From the human T2T-CHM13v2.0 reference genome, Homo sapiens: DNA of 64,000 nucleotides. The notes under the pieces were generated by a model, which was not told where the DNA came from, did not search any database, and was given only the letters and a program-made list of their open reading frames with translations. The DNA is taken from NCBI RefSeq assembly GCF_009914755.1, contig NC_060936.1. The stretch is one strand, 5' to 3'. Positions 38,921-52,004 of the stretch are shown here, piece by piece. Made by a program: the position numbers and the translations under genes. Positions within the stretch are counted from its first letter, which is position 1, and every line of letters begins with the position of its first letter.

Positions 38921-41430
38921 ACATTTCTCAATATTTATAAGTATTTTGTGGCTTAGTCTTAATTAGATTTTCTTTCTATTTTCTGAGCTATATTATGTTC
39001 TTTCATTTAACCAACATTATCTAACCTTTATAGATAACTTCGTTTTGCTTTTAAGATTCAAAAGAAGTAAGAAGCATGGCCCCTAATGTGATCAAGTTGA
39101 ACAATAGAACATAGATTCATCAAGCTACTTGGCAACAAATACATGGCAAAGGACTTTGGTTTTATCTGTATTTTAACTCCATTAGTACATGGACCATATG
39201 GCACTAACTTTCCTAGCATTTTCTCAACTCACAACTCGGGAAGTATGCACAGTAGGTTTAATAGTTTTCAAACAATCTGAAAACTTTTACTGGCTTAATT
39301 TTTGGGTAAAGTGTGGCAGACAAGTTTGTCAGAGTTTGTTTTTATTTGACTTGTTGAAAGTGATACTTAAAATATAACTGAAGTGGATTAAAAGAGATTT
39401 TATAAAACCATAGATTAACTCTTTAAGTGCAAAACACATACAAAATTCTGCAGGGTGAGTTATTATTTATGTAAAGCCATAGAGTTTTGAAAGCATTTTT
39501 GAACATGATATTTTATATTTGATAGTAAATGTTATTTTGTTCTTATTGGCTACTTATATGCTTTTATCTGCAAAACAAAAATTGGATATTTTAAATCAAT
39601 GACTTTATTAGAGTTATTTAAGCAAAATATCTTAATCCAGTCTTGTCTAACACTATAGCTAAAGGCAAAGTATAATTTTAATGACTTAAAATGCTTTATG
39701 ACTTTGACTTGTGCTGACTTATGTAAGGATAATACATTCCTATAAGAGGTGTTATGATTAGAAACTAGTGGCCCTGATTTTATCTTTAAGCTACCTGTAG
39801 TCCTTGAGGTCTTTTGGGGGCTATTCTTCATGAGAATAGTGCCTCCAAGGTCCCTGCTCATCCAGATATCATAGGGCAGAGAGGCCTAAAAAGAGTAGAC
39901 CCTAAAATTCAGGGTAGACAAAACTGTTGTTGTGAGAGCAGCAGATTAGGGCATATGCACTTCTCCAACCTGGTAGAGCTATATAGAACCTGCTATTCCT
40001 GTGCTTCTGCAAGGGGACAATCTGTAAGGAGTACTAGGAATATAAACTCTTTTTGAGAGGTCCATCATGGGATCATCTTTGTGAATCGGCACAAGTGTTT
40101 TCATGGTTCCCATGACTTCAAAACCACAGCTCATGTTGTCCAGATGTTCCATGAGAATAAAAGAAGAAAAAAAAACTATGGTTTTATTGTAGGCTCCTGC
40201 ATAATCACACCACTTAGACCTATCAGGGTGGCTTGATGTCAGCCTCAATCATATAAATACTGTTATAGGAAGTAAAATAATGTGGAGCTAATTAATTAAA
40301 TTATCATTGATTCAAGTCAACAAGTAACATAATACTGTTAAGATACTATGTATTGTGAGCAATATGTGGATAATAAAAGAAAAAAATTATCCTCAGAAAG
40401 AGCTTAAAATCTCGTAGGAGACATTAGGACAAGTATTTACCCACTGTTACCAAAAAAGAGAGAGAGAGAGCTATGTGCTTTGAAGTTATGATAAAGTCCT
40501 TGAAGAAGGTAGAATTACAGAAGAGAGGTGTGGGGGTGGAGGGGGAGAGATCTCACTTCTGACTTGGGAACATCAGAAAAGGCTTCACAAAGGAGGCAGA
40601 ATCCGAAATGAAACAAAAAGGGTGAGGAAAGCAAATGATGTGATTTTATGATTTTGCAATCAACTTTTAATTTAATTTAATTTTTGTCTTCAGAGTTCCA
40701 TTCCTGGGATTTGTTAAAAAAAAATTCCTCTCCCTAGCAAGCAGACTTAGAAAGAAAGAAAAAAATATTGCTGGAGGGTCATAAAGTAATGATTGGGCTA
40801 GGTAGTAATGCCATCCAATAATTCGCTGGTCACTAAGTATAAAAACATGATACAGATTTTTATGCTGTGAATATTTAGCTACACCTGCCACTGATCATAC
40901 TTTAAGAGAGGGGTAAAAGGACGTTTGTGTATACTGCTCATTTGGTTAACTGTGAAGAGGTTTGCATTATAATTACGTGACAATTACGTGTTACATTGGT
41001 TACTGTCATTGAATCCCTTCATGCTGGAGTAGTGCTGCTGCTGCTGCCCTTGCTGTGGAATGATAATATTACAAGGCTTGGAAAGGTCTTGCACAGCCCT
41101 GTCCCTTATGTTGTAGACGTCCAAACTAGAGGGCAGGGAGAGGAAAGGTCTCATGCTTGGTAGTAGAACTCTGATATTAATTCGGTTTTCTTGAGCTCAA
41201 TTTCCTAGAATTCATTCCACTGGGCATAAAATACCTCCTTCATATTGTTTAGTATATCTACATGCCTCTTAGCTACTGAAATGGATAGTATCTGTAGTAA
41301 TTGTAGCAATTTAGTAACTTGCTAGTTTGATCTGCTTTGTTCTTCATAGACTACTAGGAACCAATAAATATATTTCTGAAATAACAGTGTTAATGACATT
41401 GTGACATTGGTTTTTACTTCTTTTCAATAG

Positions 41431-41467
41431 ATTCAGATATACATGAAAATCATTTTGCATAATGAAG
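41431..41467 (+). other. Candidate 37-nt internal exon
   Basis: Strong acceptor tttttacttcttttcaatag|A and strong donor AAG|GTAAGC, in non-repeat DNA. Confidence 0.4.
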
Positions 41468-42049
41468 GTAAGCTTAAAAACATTCTTAAAGTTCTACGAA
41501 AGCCTTGATATAAAGAGCAAGGTTTAAAATTTCTAAGAAGTCTTTCTATTTGAAGCCCCCACCCCCCTCTCTCTCTCTATCAGTGATTTCCTTGGTTGTT
41601 CAGGTCTAATATTGACCATAATGCTACAAGCTCAATATAATAAATTATAAAAGCAACCTCATTTTATAATTTGCTACCTACTTTAAGGTGTACTTATTTT
41701 CATACTAATGCCTTATCTGCATGTGAAGCCACATGCGAAACATGTCTCATATTGCACTTTGACTTGTATTATGTGTCCATAAGTTCACCTGAACCCTGAA
41801 ACAGTCAGAAAAAAATTATTGCAGATAACATTATAGGTTACTGAGTTTAGATCTATTGAACTTCTGAGGTTGTTTTATGATATATTGTGTAAACATAAAA
41901 AGGTCACTTTACCATGAAAGAAGTAAAGACTTTTATAAAAACTTGTTTTATTGCAGTAATCTTAGCTTCATAAAAAACTCATAGGTAGCATTAAAGGGCA
42001 CTGAGTTTAGCAAGGAAAGGCATTGAGGTAACCTTTGTGCTTTGTGAAG

Positions 42050-42400
42050 ACATTGATTAGTGCCAACTCTGCCCTTTGACTTAGTAATTGAAATCTTGGC
42101 ATTTGATCTCAAGTAAGTAACGTAATAAAGAAAATATGTGCATGCAAAGTTATTTATTGCATCATTATCCAAAACTATGTATAATTAAAAAAAAGTTAAT
42201 ATCCAATAAGATGGAATTAGTTTAGTAATTTATAGCATATCCTCTTAGCCTCATAGGATGATGGAGCCAAGAGTAACTCTAAAATTTCATTCTCAAGTAT
42301 TGTTATTATAACATTTCAACAATAAAATGTGACAAAATGTAAAAATAATAGAGTAATCTGCAAAATACACATGCTTTTTGTGAGCAGTGTTACTAGTCCT
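42050..42400 (+). mobile_element. Ancient L1 (L1ME-like) 3' fragment
   Basis: atgcaaagttatttattgcatcattatcc...aatatccaataagatggaattagtttagtaatttatagcatatcc. Confidence 0.55.
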
Positions 42401-42839
42401 GATATGCCATATCACATCAGATTTTAAATGTGTAAACTACTTTAAATTGTTCAATTTTGAAATAAAAATGAGCAAATAAATGTGCAGTTTTGATTTCAAA
42501 ACTAAACAAAAGTAAGCACTATTTTTCAAAGATATTGCTAAATCGCACCATTACAATAATAATATATAAAATTGTAAACCATAGTATAAACCTAGATTAT
42601 GGTGTTTGCATAATGTTGCAAAATAGTGCCTGTAAAAAACTCAATGCTGCATCTTTCATTGCTAGTAATTTCTAATTATATGCCTGGTTCCTCCATGCAC
42701 TGGAGCAATACATTTACTGCTTTTGAATAAATGCAGATACAACCACATGGACAAAGTAGTTCTCACTTGGCCTCAAGTTTTGTCTCCTTTTTTGAAGTCC
42801 ACCACCACAGACACAGAATACTCTAAAAGCCAATATACT

Positions 42840-43910
42840 TTTAGGAGGCACTTGGAAGAAAAAATGTTTCATTGAAATTTAAAAACTTCATATGAGAAAC
42901 CAAGAGCAAAGCCAAGTAGGTGGAGGTGCTGAGTTTCTACCCTGAACCAGAGAATATGGAGGATTCACCACGCCTTTGGGGCAGCTTTCCTTTCCTCATG
43001 AAGAGGACTTTTGAATTCTTGCTAGGCTTAATTAAGGGAGGAGCTCTGGGAGGATTTTCAATGAAAAGCCTGAGTGTGGATGCTAGAGAGGGTCCTCCTC
43101 CTTGTCGCCCTGCAATTGAAGCCTGGAGCGGGAGATTAAGTCCCCCAGAGGGGTGAAGGGTTCTAAAAAAAGGAGGGACTGGCATGCTGCTCTGCTTCTT
43201 GTTTGGAATTCCAGAAGGAGACACCTCCCAGACTCTATATCCATGTGGGGCTGCCTTAGTAGATGGAGATGGTGATGTGCTACTTCACACAGAAGGGTCT
43301 GAGTCACCCCTTCCTCTGCCTCACCCTCAAACCCCTTCCTCCCTGGATGCATCTAGGAAACCTGAAACATTGTGCCTGAGGGGATTTAAACTATAATTGA
43401 AAACTGTGAGATGTCTGTCTGCCAGGGGTTAGTGGGGTGATTGGGAGGTGAGGCCTCAATGGTCAAGATCCAGGCTAGAGGGTCTCAGAGGATCAGCAGT
43501 TTTAGCAAGGGCTGAAGGGGAGCAGAGCAGCAAGACAACTGAGCTTTTTGAGCAAAGCTTGATGGATGCTTGAGTCTGGAGACAAAGCCCTATTACCATC
43601 TGTCTCCTGGGCTAAAACCTAAGACCTGGAGGCTGAACTACACAGGCCAGGCCAGAGGAGGACTCTCAGACCAGAAGCTCCTGCCCCTAAGCCAGGATGA
43701 TACATAAGCCCTGAGAATTTAGATCTCTTCTAGCAGAAAGGAGAAAGGCAGCTGGGTGAGGATGGAGAGGAGCAGTATTCCTTTCCCACCATTAGGAGAA
43801 AGAGGGGTTTTTGTCCTAGGTTATTCTAACAATATAGAAATTTATGTTTTTATTTTTGTTCAGCTGTCTTTTTGTGCCTCAAGAAATAAATACCTGCTAA
43901 AGCCATGGTT

Positions 43911-43955
<45 letters not shown>

Positions 43956-44012
43956 GTGTAAGTCTCGGAGAGAATGAGATTTTATTAGTGATTTCTTGCC
44001 CTGGGAAAACAC
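42840..44012 (+). mobile_element. Probable ancient LTR (mammalian Gypsy-like MamGyp/LTR8x family)
   Basis: About 1.1 kb G-rich block with a TATA-like ctaaaaaaagg, a late aataaa and a tgtaagtctcggagagaatg...aaacaca end. Family assignment is from memory only. Confidence 0.35.
43914..43952. repeat. (TA)n microsatellite
   Basis: About 19 TA units. Confidence 0.95.
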
Positions 44013-44529
44013 ATTGAGGCCTAAATTATAGTGGATCAGGGATGGATGAACCAGTGGAAAGGATACGGGGGAGTAGATGAGACTGGGAGAAAGAGGGAGC
44101 TTAGCAGGATGGATAAGATCTTGTTGGTAATCTCAAATTCGGTTTTTATCCAAACAAGGTTGTAGCCCTGGAAGCCAGGGAGTTGCTGGAAATGTGTCTG
44201 ATCTGGGGTAAATCGGGGTTGGTGTGGTGTAGAGGAGCAAGCAACCTGTCTAGATAGCATAGGGCCCGGATATAGGAATTCAAGAGATTCAAAAAAAAGA
44301 TTACAGGCCATGGTATTTGAGGCATATTGCCTAATGGTTTATTTTTATGATTTGTGTTTCCTACAAATGCCAGGAATGCAATTGGTTGGCTCCCGGGCAT
44401 TTGGAAGGAAATATTTGCAGCTGGTTAATAGCAAAATAAACAGTTGCAAGTATGCTCTGCAATTGGATGGAGAGAGGGCTGACAGGGACAGAAAGGGGAG
44501 GCTAAAAAGAGAAGTATGGGATGCAGCAG

Positions 44530-44770
44530 AGTGTTGCCGGAACAGTGGAAAGTTTAGAGTCGAATGCGTCTGGGTTGAATCTGAGGAATTCTGTTTACTT
44601 ACTGTATGTGGCCTTGGGCCAGTCAATTTTTCTCATCTGCAAAATGGGGATAATCACATTTACATTGCTGGGTTTTGGTAAGCATTAGGATTATTAGGAT
44701 TATGTGTATAAAGCATGTAAATCCTTCTCTGGCACCTATCCAGCAGGTGCTTGGTAAATGATAGTTATCA
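44530..44770 (+). mobile_element. MIR SINE
   Basis: cttactgtatgtggccttgggccagtca...tctcatctgcaaaatggggataat...gtgcttggtaaatgatagttat. Confidence 0.8.
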
Positions 44771-44861
44771 ATAGAAAAAGATATATTTATTTTTTTCTGG
44801 AGGGGGACTTTTTTTTTAATTACGTCTTTTTGTTTCCTTTGTTTCTTGTGTTTTTACCTAT

Positions 44862-45615
<754 letters not shown>

Positions 45616-46404
45616 TAGCAAATCTTTTTAAATATTTTAAGAAAATTTTATAAAAAATCCAGCCTAACAAGTAAGGTTCTAGAAAACAGTTTGACTTTCC
45701 TTTAAAGTGGGCTGAGGAAATGGTGCGCATGGAAATGGGGAACTTAGTTTTCAGATTTAAGAAAGGAAGCCAAAAGATGAGCACCTGAAATAAAATACCA
45801 CCATTTGGAAAAATGAGAAGAAGATTTGAAATAATGATGATATCTTTTAAAAATGCAGTATCATTTACTTTCCAAATTATTCCAACACATTTAGCTCTGC
45901 AGTGAATCCCTAGAAATCAAATCTTATTTTGCTACTGATTTTGACTATATCCTTGGAATTATCCATCTGTGGAAAAATCTTCTCTGTGATCTTAACTGAA
46001 ACTGTGTTTACAAAGAGCTGGGACCCTTCTCATAGCATTGTATCAGTTCAGACACTGACATTCTGAATGTTACAGTGCTTTTCTTGTGCCCTCCTAAAAA
46101 TTTCCCCAAATTATAGAAGTGCCTCCTTGACTGGGGAATCATTGAACTGTGTATTTGTAGTGCCTCTCAATGGACGTCGTAATTTCCAATAAAGTTGGAC
46201 TTCCTTGATGATCACCAATATTAATATTTAAGTATGACCATATTTAAATATGACATTTGGACTTCAGTGACTTATAAAGCATATTTTCTCCCTATTTATT
46301 ATTGTTTAATAATTCTATATTTTAAAATGAAGGATGTATATGCAACTAGGAAAATGATGTTTTATTTTGTGTATAATCAAATTTTTGCCTATAAGGAAAC
46401 CGTC

Positions 46405-46430
46405 ATATATATATATATATATATATATAT

Positions 46431-46469
<39 letters not shown>

Positions 46470-46743
46470 GTCTCACTCTGTCACTCAGGCTTGAGTACAG
46501 TGGCGCTATCTTGGCTCACTGCAATCTCCACCTCCCAGGTTCAAGCGATTCTTGTGCTTCAGCCTTATGAGTAGCTGGGATTATAGGCACGTGCCACCAC
46601 GCTTGCCTAATTTTTGTAATTTTAGTAGACACAGGGTTTTGGCATGTTGGCCAGGCTAGTTTTGAACTCCTGACCTCAGGCGATTGCCTGCCTCGGCCTT
46701 CCAAAAGTGTTGGGATTGCAAGCGTGAGCCACCACGCCTGGTC
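46405..46743 (-). mobile_element. Alu SINE (AluS-type) with compound (TA)n(GA)n tail
   Basis: (AT)n(GA)n at 46405-46465 runs into gagtctcactctgtcactcagg...gtgagccaccacgcctgg. Confidence 0.95.
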
Positions 46744-47002
46744 ATTATGCATATTCTTAAATTTGAGATTTATTAGTCTCTGGTCTTAGCATCAGAAACT
46801 TTTCTGTAGCACTTGATATGTTTTAAAATTCATAGACACTCTGAATTGTGTACATGATCTGATTTCCCTTTTTATGTTGATTGTTAAATTTATTACCCAC
46901 CTATAAAAGTATAGAGAATTTTGTCATATATTTTTACAATAATTTTCTTTTTGGTTGCATTTTATATGGTTGCTGTCATTTTTTTTTTCTTTCATGTGTG
47001 TC

Positions 47003-47469
47003 TGTTGTGGGTTGACTTGTGTTCCCCAAAGAGATATAGTAAAGTCCTAACCCCTGATACCTGTGACTATCACCTTATTTGGAAATAGTCTTTGCAGATC
47101 TATTAAGTTAAAATGAGGTCATACTGGGTTAGGATGGGCTCTAATCTAATTACTGGTGTACTTATAAGTGGGGGAGAAGACACACAGACACAGACACACA
47201 CAAGGAAGAACACAGTGTGAAGATGAAGGCAGAGATTATAGTGATGTATCTGCCAGTGAGGGAATGCTGAGGGTGGCCTATCAGCCACCAGAAAGTAAGA
47301 AGAGGCAGACAGAGGATTTCTTAGAAACTTCAGAGGGATTGTGACCCTGTGAACAACCTGATTTCAGACTTCTAGCCTCTGTAACTGGGAGAGAAGAAGA
47401 ATACATTTCCATTGTTTTAGGCTGCCCAGTTTATGACATTTTGTTACTACAGCCCTAGGAAACTAATAG
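47003..47469 (+). mobile_element. MaLR solo LTR (MLT1C-like)
   Basis: tgttgtgggttgacttgtgttcccc...ccttatttggaaatagtctttgcagat...cagccctaggaaactaata. Confidence 0.88.
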
Positions 47470-47707
47470 TGTCCACACATTTGAGTGTGTGTGCATTAAT
47501 ATTAATACATGTGTATGTATGTGATTATATATGTGAGAGAAGTTATCACCTCAAATTTCTGCCAGCTACTTCATATTGTTTTAAAGAATGAAATTATTTA
47601 ATAAATATTTAATAATAATTATAATATTATAATAGTAGTATATTCCTCTCATAAACTCCTTAGAATATATCTCCTTGTTCAAAGTAGTTATTGGAATATA
47701 TACTCTT

Positions 47708-48044
<337 letters not shown>

Positions 48045-50369
48045 TAAAAATTTAATTAGTTATATATTGCTTCTAGGACAATGATCAAGATCTAAACCTA
48101 TGCATTTTCCTGACTTTGCCAGTAGTGAACTTGATGGCATTTTGCAAGAAGCTGCCTCAAAATTCCAAATAACACATAACATGATTAGGGAGCAAGTGAC
48201 TTCTGAGTATGAAGATCCATGTGGGTGTTTCATTAAGATGAAATGTATCTGGGATTTGCTACGAGATAGGTCAAGCCAGCACGCATCCAGGTCTGTCCCT
48301 CCATGGCATCTGTGCTATGTAATGTGGTCACATAAAACCTCTTCATGAGACAGCAAGCAGATAAACTGGAGACATCTCCTAAGACAGAAACAGATGAGTG
48401 ACAAAGGCAGTTTTCCTCCTCATTTCCATTTTATGCATTTCAGGGTTTGGCAGGGTAAGCTCTGCTTTAATGTAGATGATAATGCAATGCTGTAAAAGAA
48501 TCAAATCGAGCAAGATTCTCTCTAAGCTGTAGACCAGTTTCCTGTTTTATTTTCTTGAATGTTTTCTTTTACTTTTGAAAACAGACAGTGAACCTTAAAA
48601 GCAGGGAGGCAGCTTTTAAGCTTGCTATCATCATTCAGATCAATTTGGAACCAAGTCTCACCTCCCATCTCTTCTAATTTTGATGTACATTCTCTGTTGG
48701 CCACTGGCCAGAGCAGAAGTCAGGAAATGATAAATACTCATTTATTCCCAGACACAGCAGTTTGTGCTGAGATGGGAGACAGCATTTACAGTCATTAAAC
48801 CTATTGCATTTTTAGTGTGTTTATTAATAGCAACCAAAGTCAATGTTGATGTCATCTCCACTAGTGATAGTCAACTTTCAGGTTTGTTATTCTTAGTGGA
48901 TTTCCTGCCCAAGGATCCACACTTGTTTTGTTCAGCCTTCCACAATGATTTATAACATGACTGTCAAATCAGGTTTAACTAGTTTAACACCAGCTAGACA
49001 TAACCAGATATCATATAGCTGAAAAAATTGCTTTAGTGGGTATGTCAAATATCAGAGAAACCCAACAAATGTTAAAGAAAATATCTTCAGAAGAGAACAT
49101 CTTGTTTGTTCTAGTGCTTGAGAAAAGTATCTCTGAATTTTATAATTCTGAAAGTCTCTTGATAAATAGGCAGATTAATCAGTATAGTGCTTTCGTTTCT
49201 TCTTAAAAAATATGTAACTGCTACTCAGGTTTTTTTTCTTATCCTGTCAACCAGGCAACTGAGTTAGTTGATCCTCAGGTTAAAGTTGGTGGAAGAAATA
49301 AAAACCTCAGAGTTGTCAATATCTTGCTATGTTTTGGTGCATCTGATATTCTGATTTGGCTTTCACTAGATATCACATAGCTGAGAATCATCTTACGTTC
49401 TGGTATTTGACAAGCATTGAAAGCATCCGAGGCAATGAGTTGGCATGGATTCAGCCTGCCTTGGCAAAAGCATGGCCAGAACTGATATGATGTCCTACAC
49501 AGACAGCACCTGCTCTTGAAATCAGGCCCATTGCTCATCAAAGGACAGCCCCTCCCCCAACAAATATGCCATTCAATTTATTCATTTTTAAAATTAAGAT
49601 GGACTGAATAAAAAAGAAAGCACAATTGCTTTTGTTTGGACAAATAAGCAGCCATGCGATTAGCTTGAAATCACACAGGTAAAAAGCACAGTGACTAAAT
49701 TATCATTTAATGATTTTTAATAAAGAGAGATGCTTACTTGCTTTTAAAACAGAATCTGAAAAAGGGAATGCAAGGTATGTGAATGTGACATGAAAGCATA
49801 GAGTGATATTTTACTAGATTAAGCAAGACATGAAAAATTAGAGAGGTGATTCTAAGCAATGGATAAAAATACAACTTATACATTAAAACCAGTCACTGGA
49901 CCTGGAAACATACAAAGTATTTAATGTAGCAAATTTACATTTGCTAAAAGGAAGATTGGATCCTATTTCTACCACACATTTTTTCCCTTTTGAAAATTAT
50001 ACAGATTATTTATTCTTTCTTATACTTTAAGCTCAGTGGCACCATTAACAAGAGAGGGTATTCATTTAAACCAGAAGAATGGAAGAGTTCAAACTTTAGG
50101 GGCAATGAAGGAAACTGAGGAAAAGGAGGGACTTCAAGGTCAAATTATGTGAACTGTGAACAAATTATTGTGAACTGCAAATTACACCATTTTGTTTTTT
50201 TAGGCAGTTTCTTATTACAGTATTTCCAATAGCAGATAATTGCTAAGATCCAAGGAAGTCCTAAAAACAATTCAGGATCTTGATTCTATGACATTCTCAA
50301 TGCTATCAGGTATCTAAAACCAAACATGGTGCTGAGAAGCAGAAACTAATCATAAAATATTATATGTTT

Positions 50370-50600
50370 GCAGCTTTGCAGTCAGAAAAATTGAGATTGA
50401 AACATGCTGCTGGCTTCTCAGTAGCTATGTGATCTGGGGCATTTGCTTAACCTTAAATTTTTCAGTTTTTTTCATCTATAAAATTCAGATAATAGTAAAC
50501 CTATCACATGAAATTATTGGGAAGACTAAGTGGTGTAATGTATGCAAAGCCTAAAACAATACCTAGCACAGTATAATGGCTTAATCAATGTTAACTTGAA
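50370..50600 (+). mobile_element. MIR SINE
   Basis: tagctatgtgatctggggcatttgcttaacc...cagtttttttcatctataaaat...acctagcacagt. Confidence 0.8.
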
Positions 50601-50784
50601 TTAGCATTTTTGTGCCTGCTTAAACAGTGATTTTCAAATGACCCATATAGAGCTTGAATATTATTTGGAAATTGAGCCATAAAGCAGATGAAATCACCAA
50701 GGATTTGTTTGGTTTGTTTTTATTTGCAGGAAAAGGGAACATGACATTTAACATCAGTCTGTATGTTATGTGATCTGGACATTA

Positions 50785-51514
50785 GCTGTGTTGGCTCTTG
50801 GCACAGTTGACACCTCCTCCTTTGCTCCACTCTGCATTGTGGGGGCTGGAAATCTGAGAGCTATATGTTTCCCAGTCTCCTTTGCCAGCAGGCTTCTGAA
50901 TTGGCATTAGGGTCCATCAGTGAGATACATTTGTGTAATATTTGGAAGGCAGAAGAGTGTCAGAAACAGTGATGTGTCAAGTTGGCTCATAAAAGTTCAA
51001 AGGAACTGATCATGGACATCATTTTCCAACTATGCATTCAGTAGCTTTAAATCAGCCATAGTCGGAATTTTTATACCACAGAAATTGGAAAATACTACAA
51101 ATAAGCACTTTTTTCATGCCCAATGAATCAGTTAGATATTTCTTGCATACCAGTGGATAGAAATAATATTATTCCTCTACCTGTATTGGCAGGCAGATAA
51201 TCAGGCATTGAAAAGTGAGATTTTGCAGTGGACTTTGGATATTCTCCTGATTATTATCACTGGTCTCAATTGGATGTTCCCCTGATTATTATCACTTGTC
51301 TCAATTGGGGGCATTGAAGTAGAATTCCTGCTCTGGGTTACAGTAGCCATTTTCTGATTGCCTGAATCCAATGGCAAGCCTGTGCTAGTGGTAGCTTTCT
51401 CTGGCTTTTGCCCTTCCAACAGTTTTGTAAGCACCAAATTATCTTTGTTAAATTTCTTCCTGCCCCAAATGCCTAGAATACTCTCTGTTTTCCTGATAAA
51501 ACTCTGATAATACA
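50785..51514 (+). mobile_element. LTR33-family ERVL LTR interrupted by MER63
   Basis: gggggctggaaatctg...ttcccagtctcctttgccagc...ggaaggcagaag; 3' end ttgtaagcaccaaatt...cctagaatactctctgttttcctga...ctgataataca. Confidence 0.6.
50967..51155 (-). mobile_element. MER63A-like hAT-Blackjack DNA transposon
   Basis: Imperfect terminal inverted repeats cagtgatgtg / cataccagtg. The reverse complement contains tttgtagtattttccaatttctgtggtataaaaattcc...atggctgatttaaagctac. Degenerate 8-bp TSD gtcagaaa/gatagaaa. Confidence 0.7.
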
Positions 51515-51852
51515 TTAAGTCATAAATACGTAAGTATAGTTATCTGGGCAGGACTCATGTCAACTTGAAAAAAAATAGGGGCTTTAAAAAATCAGTGATA
51601 ACAAACTTTCCGTATATTTGTGAGGATGCTGCCAGTGAATTTACCTGAATTTGAAGATAAGCTCAGAGAACCAAAGAAATAAATCAACCTACAAAACTAC
51701 TTGTAGATCATTTAGACTTGGAGACTTTGGCATTTATAGGTTTTAGTATACTTTAAATCAAAGACCAGAAAAATCTGTTAAGCACTCTGAGTGAGGGAAT
51801 TTCCTTTTTTGCTTTTCCAAAGCTAGTCTATCATCTATTACCTTTGAACATC

Positions 51853-51991
51853 TGGCTAATTTTTGTACTTTTAGTAGAGACAGTGTTTCACCACGTTGGC
51901 CAGGCTGTTCTCTAACTCCAGGCCTCAAGTGATCCGCCCACCTCAGCCTCCCAAAGTGCTGAGATTACAGGCATGAGCAATTGTGCCCGGC
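51853..51991 (-). mobile_element. Alu left arm only (truncated AluS)
   Basis: ctggctaatttttgtactttt...tcccaaagtgctgagattacaggcatgagc...cccggc; no right arm or tail. Confidence 0.9.
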
Positions 51992-52004
51992 TTCATCTTT
52001 CAGA

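Noticed and set aside
49397-49494. Minus-strand exon candidates at 49397-49494 and about 8031-8148
   Set aside because: The acceptors have weak pyrimidine tracts and cannot be distinguished from pseudo-exons.
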